Source of the DNA: Lobosporangium transversale
Lineage: Eukaryota
Direction of reading: 5' to 3'
NCBI RefSeq assembly: GCF_002105155.1
Contig: NW_019029016.1
Span: 62,001-126,000, forward strand
DNA length: 64,000 nucleotides
Positions 31,140-45,300 of this stretch are shown piece by piece; position 1 is the first letter of the stretch, and each line of letters starts with the position of its first letter. The translations under genes were made by a program, and so were the position numbers. The notes under the pieces are model-generated. The model was given only the letters and a program-made list of their open reading frames with translations, did no database searches and was not told where the DNA came from.

Positions 31140-32460
31140 TATATTTCCCCCCCAAAGGGTGGGATTGAGGTTCGAAGAGCTTTTCCTTTTGACAGTCGAT
31201 AGGACTCTCTATATGCATCAATGTGCTTCTTCCGTCTGTATGACTCCACACAGTTTACTATAATTTCGTGTCATTAGCTGAGTTGAGTAAAATGGACCCG
31301 GCAAAGACTTTACAACTTGCAAATCTCAGTTCCGGATGCCTAACCCAGTCATCATTTAGAAGTTCGCAAATTGACGTCGTCAGTTCAATGAAATTCAACT
31401 TTTGAAGCAGTGCTGAATATGGTGAGGTCTTGAACAAGCCTTCCAAGCCGACAGGTGGAGTAGGTGAACAATTGCTGCATAAAGTCTTCGTAGGGTTATT
31501 CGGGAGCATGGTTGGGTCGATGAGTGTCGCCAATGGTCTGTCAGTTGGGAGGTCATTGCGGACTGATCTGTGACCAAGAACAACCCATTCTTTCCCAAGC
31601 TCATGATTCTTTAATGTAATCGGGGGAAGCTGGAGATCATCAACAGCAAAAAGTGCTCTTTTCCTTTCGCGCTCTGAACCTCCAATTTGGCTAAGAGCTC
31701 TAAGTACCATTGCTTCGAATCCTCTCTTCCGAGGGATATTCGATGTTTGGGAAGTTGACATTTCTGGCATAGGTAATTTCCCAAAAACAGCTTCCGGTTT
31801 GCCTTGGCTGCCGAGTTCGCCATCATCGTCAATCATTCCTCGACTAAAACATGCATGTTTTTTTACTCCTTTCGTTGAAGTTAAAGCCTTGGGACAAAAA
31901 GGGCATGCAAACACACCGCCAACACGGAAAAGCTGTCGTTTTTCCCGGATCTGTTGGGGATTAATGAACCTAACATTACAGGTCAGATTATAAGATTCCT
32001 TTTGATGATCCTTCAACTTTTTCTTGTTGAGGAATGCTTTAGGGCATTCCTGACATTTCAACGACGCGGGTTCTTCGGAATGCATTCTTGATAAACAAGT
32101 TAAATCAGTAAACATGAAAGAGTAAAGTGAGTAAGTGAGGGGAGCAAAATCAAAAACAAAAAAAGAAGAGAGTTCTCTGACTCAGTAATGTCCTCACCCT
32201 ACCTCTCCGATTCAGTTGCATATTCATCTTCTCCCTTGGCTTCTACAGCCTTATTATTCTGGATCTTGCACTATTTTAGAGGGTTCACCAGGAATGGTTA
32301 AAAATACAGAACATTTTTACAATATTGGCAATGAAACAACAGTATTATACAATCAATAGAAAAGACAATGATTTGCAAGGAAAAAAAGGAGAGATACAGT
32401 ACAATGTCTGAATATTGCACACACCCGCCCCAGCATGCCCTGCTTGTGCAGCTTCCAATG

Positions 32461-33564
32461 TTTTCTTTCTTTAGAAAGTATCGTTATAGATTTAATGGAA
32501 GAATGTCCCTTAATTGAGTTGGCGAGCGTAGCAGGCAGAAATTAGAGTGAAATGTCATCGCTATCGATGGCTAACAAGACCCAAGTAGTGGCAGTTGCCA
32601 TCAGGCCCTTTCGAAGGATGAAGGTCCAAAGGATGATGGTTGCGATTGTGGTCATGTCATCATATGCTCGATTAGACGGGAATGACGCAGCCACTTTCGC
32701 AGCTGCCTAGGGAAAAAGTCCCACTGAGGGTGCTTATATAGAATGAAGAATCGTGGCTGCCAGCTCCAAGGCTTGCAGCCTGAAAGTGACAAGCAGATCG
32801 CGAATATCTTGGGCCGCTGTTGGCTCCTCGTGGATCATACCACGCATGTGTCATTCACGACTTTGATGAGGTCCTTTTAGTGTCATCTAGGCACTTCGTG
32901 GTATTGGCCACTACGCACTTCTTGGTGCCTCTATGTGAAGGCTTCACTAATATCCGGGGGCTATGCAAGGTAGAGAACAAGAAAAGGTTAGTGTCAAGGA
33001 AACAGCATAAAGCAAGCAGGCATATATTTCCATCATCCTTGCTGCAAAGCTATCTTACCTGGCCAGCAGCTGCTGCCAAAAGTCACTTGAGCATGAGTGT
33101 GCGTATGGCAAATAATAAAGAAGAGGCCCAATAAAGCCATCCTAATGTCATAGCATTATATAAACCCATCCGAAAGGTTAGTTGTTAACAGATCTAAAAA
33201 AAAGCCAAATATGTTAGAACCACTATGGTTTTTAGCGTTAACTGACTTAAATATACTATGTATTAGCTGCTCTGCTTATCCAGGCTCATTGATGGAATAC
33301 ACTTGATACCGATAATTTTCTCTTTGAAAGAACGCATTGTTGCTGAAGTACAAAATACTTGATAGTTTATGAGATGCGAGAGATGCTTCACAAGGGTCAG
33401 GATATACATACTACATACCACATGTATCAAAGAAGTGAGGGAAGCCGTTGAGTAAGAAAGTCGGATGGCAAAGGATAGTAGAGGATTAAGAAGAGAGACA
33501 GGTTCTGAGCATGCTATACATCAACTTGGTGATTGCACGTGGCTGATTAGAAGCCATCATTGTA
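32461..33564. repeat. Left arm of ~1.1-kb inverted duplication
   Basis: Reverse complement of ~39986-41112. ORF-track translations are identical (32672-32854 vs 40720-40902; 32820-33134 vs 40440-40754). Confidence 0.92.
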
Positions 33565-35578
33565 TTTAGCACGTGACTCGTTCTGTTTATCCTGGCATGA
33601 CGCGAAAATAAAATACTCATGCCACTTTCTTCATTCGCTCACCATTCCACTCGCTTCTCTTTTACACAACAGGAAGCCGCCATCGGCATTGGAAAAGTGC
33701 GACGAATTGAAGTTCAAATGCAAGGTAAGAGGTAATGGTAGTGTTCTTATTATGAGCCGAAGTACGGCGTGTTTGTACGGATTTTGGGGCAGGGTGGAAA
33801 GGATGCGAGCAAGAGAGTCCTTTTCGTAGGGCTTTTCCCCCTGGAGTCCACTTCTCGTTGGGACCAGCTGTTGATCCATATCGCTTCAGTCGGTCGGATT
33901 CGGGGCTGTTGCTGTTGGTTGCTCCTTGGGTACGCATATGGTCTATTGCTCCGCGCTAGACTGTCCATTGCTATTACCTCTCCACAAGTCTTTTTTAGGC
34001 TTTTGGTGGCGCTGCAATCGATGCTGCTCATCTTTCTTTTTTTTTTATTAAAAGAAAGCGAGATGGATGGCTATGGTGATACATAAGTCTATACTAACTG
34101 CGGTTATTCCCATCACTGGATGATTGGGACCACCATTTTATGGGTTAATAGCATCAAGGAAGTTGTACGGTTGTACTTTGGCTCCAGTTCACTAACCATT
34201 ACCCTAATTTTTCCCTCCCCTCCTCTATCCAGTTTTAGGTAATGTATAGGTGAGCAAGTGCCACAGAGCAGATAACTACTACTATTCACCAGTTATATAG
34301 ATGGCAAGACAGGGAAATATCAAGTTTTCTTATCCCATTGTTGTATAGAGATACAACAGCTGAGGCACACAAGGATGATGCAGATGGTAACAGGAGTTGG
34401 GAGGGCGATGAGTGGGAATGTTGACTCGATATTAGCTAGGTGTATCGTGATAATGGAGATGTCAGTAGCTGCAAATACAGCAAGATGGGTAGACTCGTAG
34501 CAGATAAACAAATAAGCTAGATAAAGTTATGAAAATAAAAAGACGGGTCTGGATTTTCCAGAGGCGATAAGTCTTACTGAGGTAATGAGTGTGGTTTAAT
34601 CGGTATGTCTCTTTGTACATTCATGATTCTTGTCCCATGCATTGAACAATTATTTGTCCGGTTGGGTACCACAGATGAGGTCGAAGGTGTCCCATTAAAT
34701 AAAACACAGACATAGAAGATGGAAGACACCAAAGATTAGTTTGTCTCTATGCCGGCTTCCAACTCCTGCACTTTCTGTACATCTTAGAAACATTCTCAAA
34801 GAGAACGGAAAAAACAAAATTGATTGATTGATTGATTTTTCAAGTGCAATGCATTGATACAGTATGATAATTCTGATCACATCAATAGTTCAAGAGACGC
34901 TACTTTTTATGAATCTAGTTCTGCAATAATCGCTTTTAACCATGTCTTCAGCCATGTTACGACTGGTCATAGTCGATGTAGCATTTCCATTCCCAAGGAA
35001 AACCATCTTTAAGTTCTTTCAGCCGGAGGATGCAAATGAACAGTATCCTTGAGTAATAGCAAGGCCGGTTAAATATCCAACAAATGAAAAAAATAATAGT
35101 TGACGTATCCTTTAAAATTCATTATTCTCTCATCATCAATCCAATGGTAGAACAAAATTTTCCAGCAATATTATTAAAGAATTTCGTGGCAGAACTGCTT
35201 CCACCTCCGCGAGCAACGGCAACCTGTCATGCTCTGAGTGGTTGTAAGACAATCGAGAAGTGCGCTGCGATTCAACATGGATGAACAACCGACTCCATTC
35301 CTTTAAACGCTGATGGCAACAGGTATGCCTGGTTTCTTTTTTTTTGTGTCAATGGCACCCTGTCACTTGTTCTGAAAAAGAAAAATAAAAATAGTGAGCT
35401 CTATATGACTAAGTCCTTCATTCTTATTGTATAGAGTCGAACTTCTACGCATTGTGTTCTATCTTATCAAGGCCCTAGATGTCATCACAGAAATGCCACA
35501 GTTTTATGACTGCAACAGCAAAGCCATCATCCTTTTGCCTATATCAAAAAAAGTGAGCAAACCTAACCTCTTCTCAAG

Positions 35579-36079
35579 ATGTTCTGGTGTCATTATCAAT
35601 CCTTCAACCAATCGCTTACTATCCACGACAAGGCACAAACTGAGATGATCAAGACTGGCCTTAAGCAAATTAAAGGGCTGCTGCGAGAGGTCAAAGGAAA
35701 GCACTCAGAGATGGTTAAATTGCCACTGGAAGTTAATGAGAAGGACGATAAAATGTTTGAAATGCAAAATCAAGCCCTCGGCAGACGTTCTATCCTTCAA
35801 ACTCATGCTAATGCTTTCATTGTCCGAAACTTTGAACTTCATGAATATCCAATCATTCAACTCTTTGTCATTTTGCCGGTCGATGCCGCCAAGTGGGATC
35901 CAAGACAACTCTTGAGGAACAAGTTCCGCCTTCGTTTCCTCTGTGAGTGTGGGGATCACACTGCAAAGACAAGCAAGGGCATTCAGAACCAAATCCATGT
36001 TGCCATACATGATGGATATGAAATCCAAAGCAACACAGAGTCCTTTCATCCGAGGCGCTCAAAGCTAATAGGACTTTGA
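35579..36079 (+). pseudogene. Fragment of a Mortierellaceae-type expanded gene family
   Basis: NFELHEYPI.QLFVILP...FRLRFLCECGDHT...IHVAIHDGYEI motif recognised; the frame ends abruptly. Confidence 0.6.
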
Positions 36080-37721
36080 CTCTCTATATATAAGGTAATC
36101 TCAATTGATAAGTAGCTGTAAAGCCCTAGTGCTATAATGCATTTAGTATTGACTGACCAACTTTGAACTATAATCTATCGATTGGATGGGCCATTGAAAT
36201 AATACAGAGGTATCGTCCGCATACATTCTCTCCAAATAAATTAAAACTTGTAATTATCTGACCGTGTAATCACCACTCATTTCTACGATGCGCGATATGT
36301 GATATTCTGGCAGTTTGCTGTATATTTTAGTATAAAACCGCCTTTTATCACCTTGACCCCTAGCTTGAGTCCATTTCATATTTTCACTCTGTATCTTATT
36401 TTTCATGTAATCCGTACCACCTCCTATAATAAAGCCTTCCACACCATTTTCACTCCCGAATGTGAAAATGAGCCCATTTTTTATCGTGTTTCCAAGTATC
36501 TTTACGAATGCTCCTTAACCACGTAAATCCAGAACTGGACAATCACTTGTGCGCGTTGCTCTTCAGGTGCCATTATCCCAACTTCGAATGAGGAGCATTA
36601 TGGCAGATTATGTGAGCTTTATCGGAGGGTACTTCATGCTTGACTTTATTAAATAAGAAAGGAAAGAAGACAAAAAGGTTCATCATAAACAAAACGAGTT
36701 TTCAAGTATTTTCTGAACACGAGCTACTCTTTGCCCATCACAAATGAGATGTTTCTTGGCTTACTTCAAATAAAAAAAAATAAAAAAAATGGCAAGCTGG
36801 AGCGTTCCCAGATGAAAAAGGATATTTAGGGGCATTGCGTTCGTTTTGTTCGTGGGGGAGGAGTGGGCGGCAGGTGGATAGCATCGATTTTTTATTCCTA
36901 CAGGTGAAATGAGCTAGTAACAGTCGCTGTAAAGTGTTCATGAAACTTGAAGGCAATCTGAAATTTTTTACAACTCATATGTTAGAGTCCTCGCTCTGCC
37001 GTGAGGGAAAGGAAAAACAGGCTATGTGAACTTCGCCCATTTTCCCCAACTATCAATAATATACTATGCAGGCTGTTGAGTGTACATTAGAAAAAAAAAG
37101 GAAGAAAAAAAAAAAGAAAGAAAGAAAGTGGACACAGAAGTCAGTGACGTAAAGGCCGAATAAGATTAAAGTAGGTAGTTTATTTGAAGGATTTCGGTTT
37201 TTTTTATTCAGACTCGGCCACGGTTAGCCCACCTCAAGGCTACAATGATTAGATTTTGATGCGTATTCCGTGCATCACTCAACCACATTCGATTTTGTAG
37301 GCTTGCTCAACGCGTTTTTTTTCTGAATAATTTGTTCTTCAGCCTGACACACTCAATCATTTTGAAAAAAAAAAAAAAAAAAAAAAAAGCAATCTCCAAT
37401 CTCAATCCAGCCCACTTTTCCTCCCAATAATTAACCATTTCGACCTTTTTGAAGAGAGCATGCCCCCTCCCCGTTAGCGTTTCGAACATACAACGGTCCC
37501 TTGCATGCTTTCTCTTATCCTCTTTCTTTATCTTATTTTACGTGTTTTTTTTTATTTTTTTATTTTTTTATTTTTTGATATTCTTGAGCTTTGGTCATAT
37601 ACGCAACAAAATACGCTAATGATTATACTCTGCCCCTTTAATTGAGTTGTCGGATACCTTCTGCATTTTGAGAGGATATCTATTACTGTCCAAGCGAACA
37701 AAAGTACTAAAATAAAGAATT

Positions 37722-37925
37722 ACGAGCCGGAGACCGTGGCGAAGCCACGGTCGGCTCTTGCCTCTTTAGAAAATTTAATGCTTAGCCTCGTAAGACAACA
37801 AAAAAAACATTGTCTGCAGCAGCAAAGGTTTATATTTTGACATAGGAATGAAGACAATAAATCGCGTAGGCCTTTAGCCTTTTACTACTGTAAAAATTAT
37901 GTGTAAATTGCATGTTTTTTTTATT
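37722..37925 (-). mobile_element. Non-autonomous Helitron 3' end fragment
   Basis: ACGAGCCGGAGACCGTGGCGAAGCCACGGTCGGCTCTTGCCTC hairpin; adjacent sequence homologous to 53054-53250. Confidence 0.7.
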
Positions 37926-37940
37926 ACAAAACTAAAATAC

Positions 37941-38480
37941 GATCGTATTGATTTTAGTATCAAGTGCCCAGTATGGCATACTAGTACTGCGTACCAAAGT
38001 AACAAAAATGCTGTCATGAAAGAAGATTTAGTATCACTTTCTATGGGTTTTTGCGGCTCGGTTTTTGTGTTAGTATCACTTGCATCTTTATTTATGAATG
38101 TCTAGTATCACTTCATTAAAAAAAAGGGCGCTCGGGACGAGGGTGAAATTAATATTAATATGCATTTATGAGATCCATCTCTGCAATGCTCCCAGAGTGC
38201 CTAGCACTCCATATACGCATATCCGCGTTCTCAGGAACCATAGAGACCAGATGGTCTGTACGACAGGTTTTGTGAAGAGGGATGGTGAGTTTGGATACTT
38301 TGCAGCTGTGGAAGGGGGATTGTATAATAGTCGACCACCTTTCCCGTGACATGCATCCAAAGAATGGCAAAAAAAATCGGTATGTACTGAAGCAATACTA
38401 AAATCTGCAACTTTAGTACTCAACTCTAGTATTAGTACTAGTATGTCATACTAGTCCTGAAATACTAGAATCTGTACACT
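37941..38480. repeat. Degenerate MITE-like unit with TAGTA-rich inverted ends
   Basis: 37941-38010 matches the reverse complement of 29101-29161 and, more loosely, of ~38427-38480. Confidence 0.5.
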
Positions 38481-38720
38481 CTTATTTAATACTTTTGACA
38501 GTGGGATACACTTTTCTTCCGCCAGCCAAATTAAGAGTGGGTGTGAATTGCCCTTACCTTTCACATGATATGCATATTTGAGAGACCAAGGCCATGAAGA
38601 AATGCATCCAGCCCTTCCTCGCCCTTTGTCTCTTCTCTCTTCTTTTCTGTTTCGCCATCCTACCTGACCTCAGCCAGAAAAGTATCTCTTTCAGCTTCTA
38701 CACACATCTCCATATTTGCA

Positions 38721-39913
38721 ATGTCAGACACAGAAGGGACAGAAGTAATCATCAAGAACGAGAGATGGCATCGATATACCGTTGGTCTGGAGACGGCGGC
38801 AAAAGAATGTTATATATTTACTATCGCGATTAGGCCACAAGAGAATCAAGAGGGGAAAATGGTGTACCATTGTTGCTGTCAGACACCATTGTCTCGGACC
38901 TGTTCATTAAGGAGGCACATCCGGGGCTGCAACTTTCTTATATCAATTTTTCATAATATATTGTTTACAAAGGAAGATTACCAGGCCAAATATTGCGAAA
39001 TAAAGCTCACCGGGGCTCAAATAACATCCACCGACCCTTCTGCCACTTTCGCTTTTCCTATCATAAGTACCACTCTTATGACTCCCACGCCCCCCCCACG
39101 ACTAGCACCACGTGCACAACTCCCACGACTCCCGCGACCTCTACCACATACACGACTCCTACCGCTCTCACTCCTTTCATCACTTCCACCGCTCTTACAC
39201 CTTTTCCCTCTTTCACCAGGCACGTCGACTTGGAAATTTCTACTGTACGAAGACATATTGATATACTTATTGCCCACGCGGCTAAACGAGCCGAGGAGAA
39301 GGAGGTGAAAGGCAGCGCACTGATGCGATAGAGATGCATGTTGGTACGTTAGAGAGGAACACTGATGCGATAAAGTTGCACGCTGCTGCGATGGAGGAGC
39401 GCACTGATGCGATAGAGAAGCGCACTAATGTGATAGAGATGCGCGCTGCTGCGATAGAGAGGAACAATGAATTGATAGCGATGTACCTTGGTACGATAGA
39501 GAGGGGGATGCGAAATGATAGTAAAGGTAATCTTGAATTGTTGTTTTTTGTTAATTTTTATAATACCTTTCATACTGATAAATATCAACTAGAACATAGA
39601 ACGGAGATAGATACCATTAAGCAGGAGTGCACCACTCTAAGGCACGATGTGGATGCTCTGTATAGCCATATCGACGTTGCGCAAAATGATAGAGAAGGTA
39701 ACTTTGGATTGAATACGCGTACGTCAACCTGTTTTATTATTATTATCTTTATTAATGATAATGTTGACAACATCAACTAGTGCACAGAAAGAAGCTGGAT
39801 ACCATGGACCAAGAGCTTTTCATCTACAAAAATAATGTCGAGCATCTGTACAGATCTCTTAGTATGGTTCCACCGACTATGTATGAACAGACATCCGCCA
39901 GTTCTCTATTATA
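38721..39913 (+). CDS. Hypothetical multi-exon gene (Cys/His cluster, Thr/Pro-rich linker, coiled-coil repeats), probably frameshifted
   Basis: YHCCCQ...LRRHIRGC, then TPT-rich segment in another frame and 21-nt repeats (ERTDAI). GT-AG introns near 39527 and 39697. Confidence 0.35.
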
Positions 39914-39985
39914 AGAATAAAGATGAGCAGCATCGATTGCAGCGCCACCAAAAGTCTAAAAAAGACTTGTGGAGAGGTAACACAT

Positions 39986-41112
39986 GTACAATGATGGCTT
40001 CTAATCAGCCACGTGCAATCACCAAGTTGATGTACAGGTCGAGCATTGCAAATAAAATCACCCTTGCATGCTCAGAACCTGTCTCTCTTCTTCATCCTCC
40101 ACTATCCTTTACCATCCGGCTTTCTTACTCAACGGTTTTCTTCACCTCTTTGCTGCATGTGGTATGTATATATATGCTGACCCTTATGAGGCATCTCCTG
40201 CGCCTCATAAATTCTCAAGCATTTTGTATTTCAGCGGCAAAGCATTCCTTCAAAGAGAAAATTATCGATATCAAGTGTATTTCATCAATGAGCCTGAATA
40301 AGCAGAGCAACTGATACATATATTTAAATCAGTTAACACTAAAGACCATAGTGGTTCTAACATATTTGGCTTTTTTTTAGATCTGTTAACAACTAACCTT
40401 TCGGATGGGTTTATATAATGCTATGACATTAGGATGGCTTTATTGGGCCTCTTCTTTATTATTTGCCATACGCACACTCATGCTCAAGTGACTTTTGGCA
40501 GCAGCTGCTGGCCAGGTAAGATAGCTTTGCAGCAAGGATGATGGAAATATATGCCTGCTTGCTTTATGCTGTTTCCTTGACACTAACCTTTTCTTGTTCT
40601 CTACCTTGCATAGCCCCCGGATATTAGTGAAGCCTTCACATAGAGGCACCAAGAAGTGCGTAGTGGCCAATACCACGAAGTGCCTAGATGACACTAAAAG
40701 GACCTCATCAAAGTCGTGAATGACACATGCGTGGTATGATCCACGAGGAGCCAACAGCGGCCCAAGATATTCGCGATCTGCTTGTCACTTTCAGGCTGCA
40801 AGCCTTGGAGCTGGCAGCCACGATTCTTCATTCTATATAAGCACCCTCAGTGGGACTTTTTCCCTAGGCAGCTGCGAAAGTGGCTGCGTCATTCCCGTCT
40901 AATCGAGCATATGATGACATGACCACAATCGCAACCATCATCCTTTGGACCTTCATCCTTCGAAAGGGCCTGATGGCAACTGCCACTACTTGGATCTTGT
41001 TAGCCATCGATAGCGATGATATTTCACTCTAGTTTCTGCCTGCTACGCTCGTCAACCCGCTAAAGGAACATTCTTCCATTGAACCTATAACGGTACTTTC
41101 TAAAGAATGAAA
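39986..41112. repeat. Right arm of ~1.1-kb inverted duplication
   Basis: Reverse complement of 32461-33564. Confidence 0.92.
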
Positions 41113-41139
41113 GTGTCGGATGACTTCTGGTATATGTAC

Positions 41140-41237
41140 CAGTGCTCCTATTCGAACTGAAACTTTGTCAATTATGATGTTTCAGATTAAAATAATAAAT
41201 ATCAATTGACAAAGTTTCAGTTCGAATAGGAGCACTG
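41140..41237. mobile_element. 98-bp hAT-type MITE
   Basis: Perfect 34-bp TIRs (CAGTGCTCCTATTCGAACTGAAACTTTGTCAATT) and 8-bp TSD ATATGTAC (41132-41139, 41238-41245). Confidence 0.9.
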
Positions 41238-42309
41238 ATATGTACAAGCAAGTAGTATTATGAAAATGTTGTGTGTTTTCCCCCACCCCTGCTGGTTAAA
41301 ATGTTTTAGTAAGAGCCAAAATAGAGTGGTTCAAAGTATATCAACATGTCTGGTTAAAGACTTACAGAGCTATAAAGCAACATGTAAGGAGCAGAAAGGA
41401 TCCACATTGATCTTTGTAGAATATAAATGTAGTTGGACAAGTCTTTGGCACGCCAGCCGAAAAGTAATTTTTGGTCTATTGCGCTATAGCCTTGCCAGGT
41501 GTGCGGCTCATAGTTGCTCTGGTTCCTTGCGATCCGCTGAAGATGTCAACACATAAAATATAAATAAATAAAAAAAATATCTGCATAAGAGATTAGGGTC
41601 ACTCTGACTTTCCCTTTCTGTCTATTTTTTTTTTTTTTTTTTTTTATTGTAGATTAAACCAATCGCACACATCAATTGGCCGAGAGAAAGGGCGAAGCTC
41701 AAGTCGTTTGGGTTTTACTTTGCCCATAGCAAAGCAAGAACTCTGGTGCGTGAGCAATAAAACGAGCGCTTTACAGTCAGTACACTGAATCACCTCGCCA
41801 ATCGAAAACCTGTGACCTATGCACCGAAAGTCCCCCATGAAATACCTGTTGTCAAACTTCCTTTTTAGATATATATATTGGTTTGCAATCTTTGATGATT
41901 AGCTTTGCGGTTTTATCGAAGATTAGGCGAGCTAATGGTCTACTGAATGGTCTACGAAGGACGACCTATTCACATTGTCATAGGTACCATGGACGTATGT
42001 GTGTCACCTTTCTTCATTGAAAATCCGACGAGAAATAAAGAAAAATAAACTAAATAAAAAGATCCCTCTGCCCTGCAACTCTGATCTACATCTACTTCTC
42101 GAGCCAAAAAGGGGTGGTGTGGGTGGGACATACGTCCATGGTACCTATGACAATGTGAATAGGTCGTCCTTCGTAGACCATTCAGTAGACCATTGTCTAC
42201 GGTACCATGTCCGTATGTGGCTCCAGAGGGATCGCCAAAGAGAACTAAACTAAAACAAAACTAAAACTAAAAGAAAACTGAACGAAATGAACAACTAACT
42301 AAAGAAAAT

Positions 42310-45300
42310 CTAGCCTAGAGTGCTCATGGACATGTTGTTGGAGGTGGCACTCGACAAACGGTAGTGCTTCTCGAAGACTTTCGGGGACGACCAATTCCCC
42401 TGCACCATGATATCAGCCACTGGTACGCCTGCTATAGCCGCGAGCGTAGAACCTAAGGCTCGGAGCTTAGGAGCTTTCTTGTCTCCTAAATCCATCAGCG
42501 AAGAAATCCTACTCATGTGGGAGCCAATAGTAGTCGCACGCGCCGGCTGGGTGTGGTCTTTCACAAATCTAATCAAAGGTACAATGCTTCTTGTTGGGTC
42601 CTTCGGATGAGGAGAGGTAGTGGAAGGACAAGACAGCCTGTCCAGGTAAGCGGTGTATGCGTCGACAGGGCATAGCTTCTTGTCAAAGTGAGAACCAATG
42701 GTCACATGCTTAATGATACGTTGTCCATCACTCTTCTCTTTTGGGAAAACAACAACAAGCTGAAGCTTCCCTAACACAAGCTTGGAGAGACTGACATCTA
42801 CACATCTGATGTCGTCTGGTCTCATGAAGCCACAGACGCCTAAGAGCCAACACAGCTTCCATGTAAGCTCCTCAAAAGGCAACTCCATATTTGCTGATGA
42901 CTGCCGAAAATGGTCCAAAACAGGTGTGATGTCAAAGTGACCAGACCTGGACTCAACGACACCTTCTTGCTTTCCAGCCTTGAGGAACTGGCGGTAGTAT
43001 TCATCTGATCGTACTCTCTCTGGGTCACGAAATAGGGCGAGGACAGCCGACTTCATGGTCATCAGCGTGGACCACTTCAAATTGCGAGCGACCCGCACGT
43101 AGTGTAGCCAGTTCACTACTGGGATCGCGGGGTTAATCCCTTGTTCGAACGAGCCCTCTTTCAGCCAAGTGACGAATTCAGCTTGATGCTTTTCGTACTC
43201 TCGCTTGGTGCTCTTGGATCCTTTGTGAGCACAGATAAACTCAGTCACCGCTGGCGAGAGGCCATCTATGAGCATCCTCGTCCTCTTACTCTCCACGCGG
43301 TAAGGCCCCAGTGTGGATTCTTGAGCAGGATGTGCGCGTCGTTTCCTGGTGGAGGGAGAACACATGTTCGTGGAATCGGTAAAGGGGGTTGGGTCGCCAT
43401 TGCCTGTATCTTCGGGAACCAAATCGCCGATGGCCAAAATGGAGTAATTATGGTCGCTTCCAGGCCTTCCTGGTCTAGCTTCTGCAGGATCCTTGGAAGT
43501 AAGTTCCATGGAGGACAGATGTAAAGGTTGCCCAAGTGGCTCCACTTGTGTCTCAGCGCATCGAAGTCCACTGCCAAAGGATGAGGTTTCCATGTCATGA
43601 ACTGAGGAAGCTGGTTGTTGCTGGGCGATGCAAAGAGGTCTATCCGATGAGGCCCCCACTGCTGGTCTAGACGACGGAAAAATGACGGGTCCAGCCTCCA
43701 TTCGAGCTGCGCTTGCATCCGGCGTGATGGTGCATCTGCTGGATTGAATACTGAAGGTACATATGTGGTCCTGAGTCTTGTGCCTGTTGCTAGACAATGC
43801 TTCCATATTTTGTCCGCCAGGTCCATCAGAGGTTGTGAACGAGTTCCGCCGAACCGGTTGATGTAAGCGATGGTGGTTGTGTTGTCGATTACTAGGTTGA
43901 GCATCCTCCCTTGTGTTTGCGGTAGAGTGACTGCGTAGTACACGGTTAGTAACTCTTTTAAATTGATGTGTTGGTGGCGTATGTTTGGTGGCCATAGCCC
44001 TGTCCAAGTGCGCTGCCCTATGACGATCCCCCAGCCTTGGTCGGAGGCGTCTGTGTACACGTCCATCTGAGTTGGCGACTGAATCCATGACGTCCCGTTC
44101 CACTCCTTGAGTTGGTGTGTCCACCAATCCAGATCGGCTCGAGCTCTGTCGTCCAGTGAGATCGTCGCTTCCCAAGATGACCCCTGATGGCTGAGCGCTC
44201 TGTTCTTCAATGCCAGAAGATGCCGCGTCATTAGACGAGCTGGAAATACTGCTGCTGTCGTCGCCATGGCTTTCCCTATGAACGTAGCCAAGTTGCGAAC
44301 CGTCGTCCATCCCTTGCTGAGCATCTTCGCTGCTTCTCGCCGTATGTCCCTGACCTTGGACTTCGGTACCGAGAGGGTCATGTCGGTGGTGTTGATGGTG
44401 AAACCCAGATGATCTAGACATTTCGTTGGCATCAGAGAGGATTTCTCCTTGTTGATGAGGAATCCAAGAGACTTGAGTTTGTCCAGGACAAGATTCGTGT
44501 GCTCTTCTGCTTGGGCTTTGGAGCTGGCCATGATCAACAGATCGTCGATGTAAGCTGTCAGCCGTATTCCTCGACGCCTCGCCCATCTCAACACCGGGCG
44601 TAGGACCTTCGTGAAGACTAACGGCGACAGTGACATCCCGAAAGGTAGAGTGCGAAACTGATACAGCTGACCCTTCCACTGAAACTGAAGGTAAGGACGA
44701 AAATGTGGATGAATCAGCACATGAAGGAAAGCATCTTTGAGATCGATGCTCGTCAAATAATCGTTCTTCTGAAGGGTATTGCATACTACCTGAATCGTCT
44801 CCATCTTGAACGAGTCTGTGATGATAAATTGATTGAGAGGACGTAGGTTGAGGACAGGCCGGAGGTCCCCTGTCTTCTTGGGGATAGTAAACAAACGACT
44901 CTGGAAACCAGGTCCCGAAGCGTGCTCTATGGCTTTTTTGGCCAGAAGTGCGATCACTTCGTTCTCTATCGCCAGTGTCTCCTCCTTGGATAGATGCGGG
45001 GAAAGGGCTCTTGATGTGTGTGTTATTGGAGGTTGTCTGTGGAAGGGAATCTGAAAACCGTTTCCAATCACGGAGCGGACCCACCTGTCGTCCGTGAGGA
45101 GCCTCCAAGCCCTCGAGTAGAGGTGCAGACGGCCTCCTACTGGCTCTTGTTGGCGCTGCCGCGTCCCCGTCCACGGCTGCCTCTGTAAAAATACTGTCCC
45201 TGCTGGTTGTTATGCATGGGCTCTCCATACCCGTAAGTGAGCTGAGGAGGTGTGGCTTGTTGTGCTTGATGATGATTCGCTGGTGAATAAGGTTGCGATT

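Larger units (their letters stand above)
29290..32115 (-). pseudogene. C2H2 zinc-finger protein gene interrupted by a Tc1/mariner insertion
   Basis: CQECPKAF...LKDH and CPFCPK...KKH. The coding sequence SIPPFGGK|YKDVWPTT continues across the Tc1 TA site. Paralogous to 46736-47386. Confidence 0.65.

Noticed and set aside
32672..33134. Duplicated 60-aa and 104-aa ORFs as real genes
   Set aside because: Identity reflects the inverted duplication; no recognisable motif.
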